From positions 1 to 29,617 of IMG/VR virus record IMGVR_UViG_3300025635_000121: a stretch of 29,617 nucleotides of DNA; one strand, given 5' to 3'. Under the pieces are notes generated by a model. That model was not told the DNA's origin and did not search any database. It was given only the letters and a program-made list of their open reading frames with translations. The translations under genes were made by a program, and so were the position numbers. The DNA comes from a virus. Its lineage: Duplodnaviria; Caudoviricetes. Below are positions 25,600 to 29,617 of the stretch, one piece after another. How positions within the stretch are numbered: the stretch's first letter is position 1; every line of letters starts with the position of its first letter.

Positions 25600-25628
25600 A
25601 TCTAACCGCCAGCTTTGGCGGGTGTCAA
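25600..25628 (-). promoter_or_regulatory. putative promoter with palindromic operator (copy 2)
   Basis: - strand TTGACA-c-CCGCCA-aagc-TGGCGG overlapping the stop of the upstream GT; the 16-mer is 15/16 identical to the one at 14512-14527. The -10 box is weak. Confidence 0.55.
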
Positions 25629-26182
25629 GCGCGTTTCTTACTTCGATAGCGATAGTAGTAGATCGTCTGCGGGATGTTTCCTTGGGTCCTCAAGAAGGGT
25701 TGAACGCGCTTGCTGAAGTCGTGGTCTTCCCCGAAGCTCTTCTCGGGGAATCCAGCTCGCAGCGCCAAATCGCGGCGGATTGCGTTCAGATGGTTCGGCA
25801 TCCTCCAGTAGATGCCATCCTTCTCGTGCCACTCCTTGCAGGTGACTGTGTGGATGAACGGCTTCGGGTTCTTCCCGTCGGTGGTAATCTCACCGCGCAG
25901 CTCGGCGCAGTCCGGCTTCGAGTGCAGAGCTTGCAGGACGAGCTGGACGTAGTTCGCTGCCACCTCGTCGTCATCATCCACAAAGGCGACGTATTCCCCT
26001 CTGGCCCGCTTCAGCAGCGCATTACGCTTGGCTCCGATGCAGACATTCTTGCCGCGATTGTCGGTCAGAATTTCGACTGGGAATCCGCGAGCCTGCTTTT
26101 CAAGCGATGCCATCAGGCGACGCAGAAACATCGCACGCTCTGGCAGGGTGCAGATGAGGATGCTGAGAGTGAAGGGGCTCAT
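25625..26182 (-). CDS. family 2 glycosyltransferase
   Basis: Start ATG 26182 (ATGA); 185 aa. Motifs LSILICTL.ER, IGAKRN.LL..A.GEYVAFVDDDD, FGED. Confidence 0.85.
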   Translation of the reverse strand: MSPFTLSILICTLPERAMFLRRLMASLEKQARGFPVEILTDNRGKNVCIGAKRNALLKRARGEYVAFVDDDDEVAANYVQLVLQALHSKPDCAELRGEITTDGKNPKPFIHTVTCKEWHEKDGIYWRMPNHLNAIRRDLALRAGFPEKSFGEDHDFSKRVQPFLRTQGNIPQTIYYYRYRSKKRA

Positions 26183-26835
26183 TTGGGGAAGCCAGCAGCC
26201 TTCCTCCGCTCGTAGTTCGGTTTGTCCACACACCACAAATTGCTGTTGCGAATGAATGTGGCATCCTTGCCTGTCTTTGCCCACTCGTGCTTGAACAGGC
26301 ATAGCGGAGACTTGACCGATTTGCCATCCCTCTCAGTCACATCTTGGAACTCGTTATCGCAAAACTCCGAACGATACGAGGGGTGGTAGATGTAACCCCA
26401 CGAGTCGATCAGCTTCTTCCCCGCTATCGGCATCGTGTTCAGGCCATGCTTGTTAAGGCCGTCGTCGAAGTGCAGGCAGCCGTCCAGATTCGGAAAGTGC
26501 TTCATCATCAACTGCTCGATGGTGACATCGTAGTTGCGCACCTGTGGCACCATGTCGTCGGAAGCGAGGATGAGCACGTCGTAGTCGCCCAACTTGTCGA
26601 AGTTCGCGTTGACAGCCTCAATCTTCCCCTTCGACGCGCCGGTATAAACCTTCATGTCACGCTGCCGGGAGATGAACGCCTGCACGTCGGCGGCGTGCAT
26701 CGTCCGGTCGTCCTCGTCAATGGACACCACGAAGCGGACCGGATTGCGGCGGGAAAGGAATGCCCGATACTTCTGCACCTGCCGGATGAATTGCCCCGGC
26801 CTGCCCCTGGTGGGATACTTGATTACGAAGCGCAT
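26179..26835 (-). CDS. GT-A fold glycosyltransferase
   Basis: KYPTRGRP, SIDEDD, KIEAVN, ILASDDM.P, FCDNEF, FKHEW. Confidence 0.75.
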   Translation of the reverse strand: MRFVIKYPTRGRPGQFIRQVQKYRAFLSRRNPVRFVVSIDEDDRTMHAADVQAFISRQRDMKVYTGASKGKIEAVNANFDKLGDYDVLILASDDMVPQVRNYDVTIEQLMMKHFPNLDGCLHFDDGLNKHGLNTMPIAGKKLIDSWGYIYHPSYRSEFCDNEFQDVTERDGKSVKSPLCLFKHEWAKTGKDATFIRNSNLWCVDKPNYERRKAAGFPK

Positions 26836-27025
26836 GTTGTTCTGTCAGATACTTGTCGTTCCGGGCTGTGCATCGGTCGCATCTAAACCGCCCGTCTTGG
26901 TTTAGCCGAATCTGTAGCAGGTCGAACTGGTCGTGGCAATCAGCGCATTCGTTCAGCGTCTCCTGCTCGTCCACTCCAATGATAGGCACTCGAAAGCCGT
27001 GGAATGGGACGAACGAAATCTTCAT
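26717..27025 (-). CDS. small zinc-finger protein
   Basis: Start MKISFVP at 27025 (TGATG overlap); CADC...CDRC. The 3' end runs 119 bp into the next gene. Confidence 0.55.
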   Translation of the reverse strand: MKISFVPFHGFRVPIIGVDEQETLNECADCHDQFDLLQIRLNQDGRFRCDRCTARNDKYLTEQHALRNQVSHQGQAGAIHPAGAEVSGIPFPPQSGPLRGVH

Positions 27026-27147
27026 CAGCCTGACGTGGTGCTGGTTGAATCCCCGCCAGTGGTGCTGGTGGCGTCTCCGCTGGTGGTTGTCGCCACACTG
27101 GTTCCGGGCGTCTCGCAGGGGGTTTCTATGATTCGGTCGAAGCGCAT
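27025..27147 (-). CDS. 40-aa Ser/Thr-rich peptide (not in the ORF track)
   Basis: MRFDRIIETPCETPGTSVATTTSGDATSTTGGDSTSTTSG*. Starts 6 nt after, and in frame with, the upstream stop; its TGA overlaps the next ATG. Confidence 0.6.
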   Translation of the reverse strand: MRFDRIIETPCETPGTSVATTTSGDATSTTGGDSTSTTSG

Positions 27148-27153
27148 TTTGTC

Positions 27154-29538
27154 TTATATCCACGCATGGGTTCCATCATCATACAAGGCCAGCGTCCACA
27201 CTGGAAAGAATTGAGGCGGCGGACTAAGAACTCCAGTTGAGTAGTTAGTGGACGGAACCGCACCGTGAGCTGATATTGTAAAGTCAACCGAAACGCTTCC
27301 TCCAGTTACGTTCGCAAGCGCATAGGTATCTGGAGTCGTGCTGTATTGGCCAACAAACGTATCGTTAAATATCAGATCGGGCCTTGTAAGGACAACCCAT
27401 GTCCCGTTGAAAACATCCAGATTCCCAAATCCTTGAATGTTTAACCAAACTATTGCTGGGCTCGGAGGAGGTGCCTCTGTGGTGGTTGCAGTAGTGGTCC
27501 CCTCAGTCGTAGTCCCAGCAGTAGTCGTCACCGCAGGCAACTCCGGAAGCACCACGCAGCTACCGTCTCCAACAATCCCGTTGGCAGACACACCGGAAAG
27601 AACCACCACATCGCCGGGTGCATATTTGGTTCCCGGCGTGAAGCCGACCTCACTCAGAGAAACGCTGCTGCCATCCGAGCTGACAGCATTCACCTGACCA
27701 AGAATCCACTGGCCATCCAGCACGAACACCACCCACGTTCCCGTCACGACCACCGCTGGAACAATCGTCCCGTCAGGTCCGAGCTTGCTGCCGATGTTGA
27801 AGCTGTAGGAAAGCTCGTTGTTGGAGTTCGCTTCCAGAACCGTGCAACCGGATGTCGCGTCAGGCGGGTCGCACTCAATCTTGTGCGTGACGTAGAACTT
27901 CTGGCCGTTGGTCAGCTCGATGATGAGCTTGTAGAACTTCCCATTGCTGACCACACCAACCGACTCACCAAACAGCTCCCATGTGTGAGGGCCGTCACCG
28001 GGCTCGTTTAGGTTGTCCGTGTAGGCGCTGTTGATCTGCCCACCATCGTCGAGCACCAGAGGATACGACTGGAAGGCCACCCCAAGGTTTTCCACGGGGA
28101 AAATCTCATACTGCGTCGCCCACGAGCGGCCTGTAGTCCACAACCCGTCGGAGTCTGTCTCATACATCTCCAACTGCTTCACGACCGCGCCATCCGCAAA
28201 GGCGAAGTCCAACTGCCAGTTGATGTCAGAACTTCCGTCAGGAGTGAACACGAACCACTTGCCTGCCCGGTCAGTCGTTGTGCAAAGCACATCCAGCACG
28301 GGAGCGGAGACTGCCACGGTAGCGGCGTCAATGTAGTCGCTGGAGTTCTCCGGTGAAGGGCACACCCCAAGGAACGCCTTGGCGGTGATGTTGTAGCCGG
28401 AAGCCAACTGGAACGGCCCCGTGTAGCGGTAACTTGCCCGAGTCGGCTCTGTGCCGTCCGTCGTAAAGTAGATGTCCGCGCCATCCGTTGCCGACGTGAT
28501 CGTGACCCACGTTGGGTAGGTGACAATCGCTCCCGCAGGCGGGTCGAACTCAGGAGCTTCGATGTCAGGGCATCCCGGCACACCATCTCCAGTAGCCCCG
28601 TTGCCAGGTGATTGCAGGGTTGCCGGAGTCGGCTCGCCGTCAATCGTGATGTCGGCCTGCCGCGCATTACTGCCCTCGCAGCCACGCACTCGGGTTTCCT
28701 CGCGGCAATCCCGCATGAGACCGCGCAAGGCCATGATCCAGTCCTTCTCCGCCTGCGCTGCCGCCACGTCGTCCCGCTCGTAGTCTTTCAGGTGGTTCCA
28801 GAGGACGTAGTAGCGCACGGCTCGCTTGAGCTGTGCGTTGTCCACCACGAGGTCGAGGTCGTCCCAGTCGGCTTTGATGCCGTCCCACTCCACAATCACC
28901 GTCTCAGTGCTCTGGAGCCACGGCGCAAGGTAGATGCGGCCCCGCTCCAGCGACCAGACACCATGCCGGGAGCGACCCCAGCGGGAATCCGTGGAGGCTT
29001 GCGGCTGGTAGTGATGCCCTAACGGGAGCGCAGGGCTGGCAAGATACTCCGCGTCCGTCGGCGTCGGGAAGTTCCCCTTCTGGCACGAAGCTCCGGGGAA
29101 CCCGAACAGACCGCTGAAGTTGGCGTTCCCACCGCAGCTACTACACGAGGCAACCTGCTGCTGATACTTGAGCAGCTCGCAATGCGGAACCTGCTTGTAG
29201 TAGATGCGAGAACACCACTGGTCAGGGGCCGCCGCCGATTCAAGCTGTGTTGCCGGATCAATCTGGTCAATGACGGACAGGCGGCGAATTGTGTTGGCGA
29301 TGCTTCCAGCAACCAACGCACCGGGAGCCTCCATCACGTTCAGCCCGCAGTTGTAGAACCGCGAACAGGCCCGGTAGAGCTGGCTGTTATTGTATTGGTA
29401 GCAGTCCGCCCAACGCTGGATCTCAATCAACGCTTCCGTGAAGAACTTGTTGTGCGGGAGAATCAGGTTCTCCGCCTCTCCCTGTGGCCACAGGAGCGGC
29501 TGCAACTCGGACTTCAGGTTGGCGTAGGTGTAGGGCAC
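27154..29538 (-). CDS. head-tail adaptor/tail tubular A-like protein fused to CHB_HEX_C/Ig-like modules and a Thr-rich linker
   Basis: 794 aa. Adaptor-like N-terminal ~290 aa (IYLAPW..TVIVEW...AVRYYV), then PEFDPPAG..VTITSATDGADIYFTTDGTEPT..S.RYTGPF..ITAKAF (CHB_HEX_C/Fn3-associated), beta-rich domains and TTTAGTTTEGTTTATTTEAPPPSP. Confidence 0.7.
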   Translation of the reverse strand: MPYTYANLKSELQPLLWPQGEAENLILPHNKFFTEALIEIQRWADCYQYNNSQLYRACSRFYNCGLNVMEAPGALVAGSIANTIRRLSVIDQIDPATQLESAAAPDQWCSRIYYKQVPHCELLKYQQQVASCSSCGGNANFSGLFGFPGASCQKGNFPTPTDAEYLASPALPLGHHYQPQASTDSRWGRSRHGVWSLERGRIYLAPWLQSTETVIVEWDGIKADWDDLDLVVDNAQLKRAVRYYVLWNHLKDYERDDVAAAQAEKDWIMALRGLMRDCREETRVRGCEGSNARQADITIDGEPTPATLQSPGNGATGDGVPGCPDIEAPEFDPPAGAIVTYPTWVTITSATDGADIYFTTDGTEPTRASYRYTGPFQLASGYNITAKAFLGVCPSPENSSDYIDAATVAVSAPVLDVLCTTTDRAGKWFVFTPDGSSDINWQLDFAFADGAVVKQLEMYETDSDGLWTTGRSWATQYEIFPVENLGVAFQSYPLVLDDGGQINSAYTDNLNEPGDGPHTWELFGESVGVVSNGKFYKLIIELTNGQKFYVTHKIECDPPDATSGCTVLEANSNNELSYSFNIGSKLGPDGTIVPAVVVTGTWVVFVLDGQWILGQVNAVSSDGSSVSLSEVGFTPGTKYAPGDVVVLSGVSANGIVGDGSCVVLPELPAVTTTAGTTTEGTTTATTTEAPPPSPAIVWLNIQGFGNLDVFNGTWVVLTRPDLIFNDTFVGQYSTTPDTYALANVTGGSVSVDFTISAHGAVPSTNYSTGVLSPPPQFFPVWTLALYDDGTHAWI

Positions 29539-29540
29539 GT

Positions 29541-29617
29541 TCAGGCTGCTACAGGCTCAGGAGCTTCCGCAAAGCGCTGCTTGCGAGGCCGACCCAGCCG
29601 GACTGGCTTCGGAGTGG
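29541..29617 (-). CDS. 3' end of an upstream gene (partial) with a GRPRK motif
   Basis: ...TPKPVRLGRPRKQRFAEAPEPVAA*, stopping 2 nt before the next GTG. Confidence 0.55.
   Translation of the reverse strand, partial: TPKPVRLGRPRKQRFAEAPEPVAA

Noticed and set aside
25555-25605. Twister or other self-cleaving ribozyme (GACAAGCC loop, pseudoknot)
   Set aside because: The required conserved core and pairings could not be assembled; kept only as a structured or antisense element.
1-29617. CRISPR array, tRNA, rRNA, integrase or transposase
   Set aside because: No regularly spaced repeats, cloverleaf or recombinase motifs were recognised by eye.

Overview
The window is part of a tailed dsDNA phage or prophage genome, probably podovirus-like, with roughly 58-60% GC by eye and several lower-GC islands. 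The + strand (1-14.5 kb) carries three cysteine-free, alanine-rich putative internal/ejection proteins. The largest is a 4143-aa polyvalent protein with two ADP-ribosyltransferase-like modules, two zincin-like modules that both read EExxH instead of HExxH, a 70-bp internal direct repeat and an Arg-rich C-terminal tail. A short + strand accessory operon follows (14.5-17 kb: Zn-ribbon, HTH, hypotheticals). It converges on a tightly coupled - strand operon containing a head-tail adaptor fused to Ig/CHB_HEX-like modules, a tail nozzle-like protein and a Gly-rich fibre. Between these structural genes lie about six glycosyltransferases, a nucleotidyltransferase and a C5 DNA methyltransferase. The most interesting inference is a virion-glycosylation system: one glycosyltransferase carries polypeptide GalNAc-transferase (GT27) motifs, and the flanking genes carry mucin-like Ser/Thr tracts, including an unannotated 40-aa ORF. 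A TTGACA + CCGCCA-N4-TGGCGG element heads both lower-GC blocks, and one copy sits next to a SymR/ptaRNA1-like antisense-RNA arrangement. All functional calls come from manual motif recognition; no searches were run.
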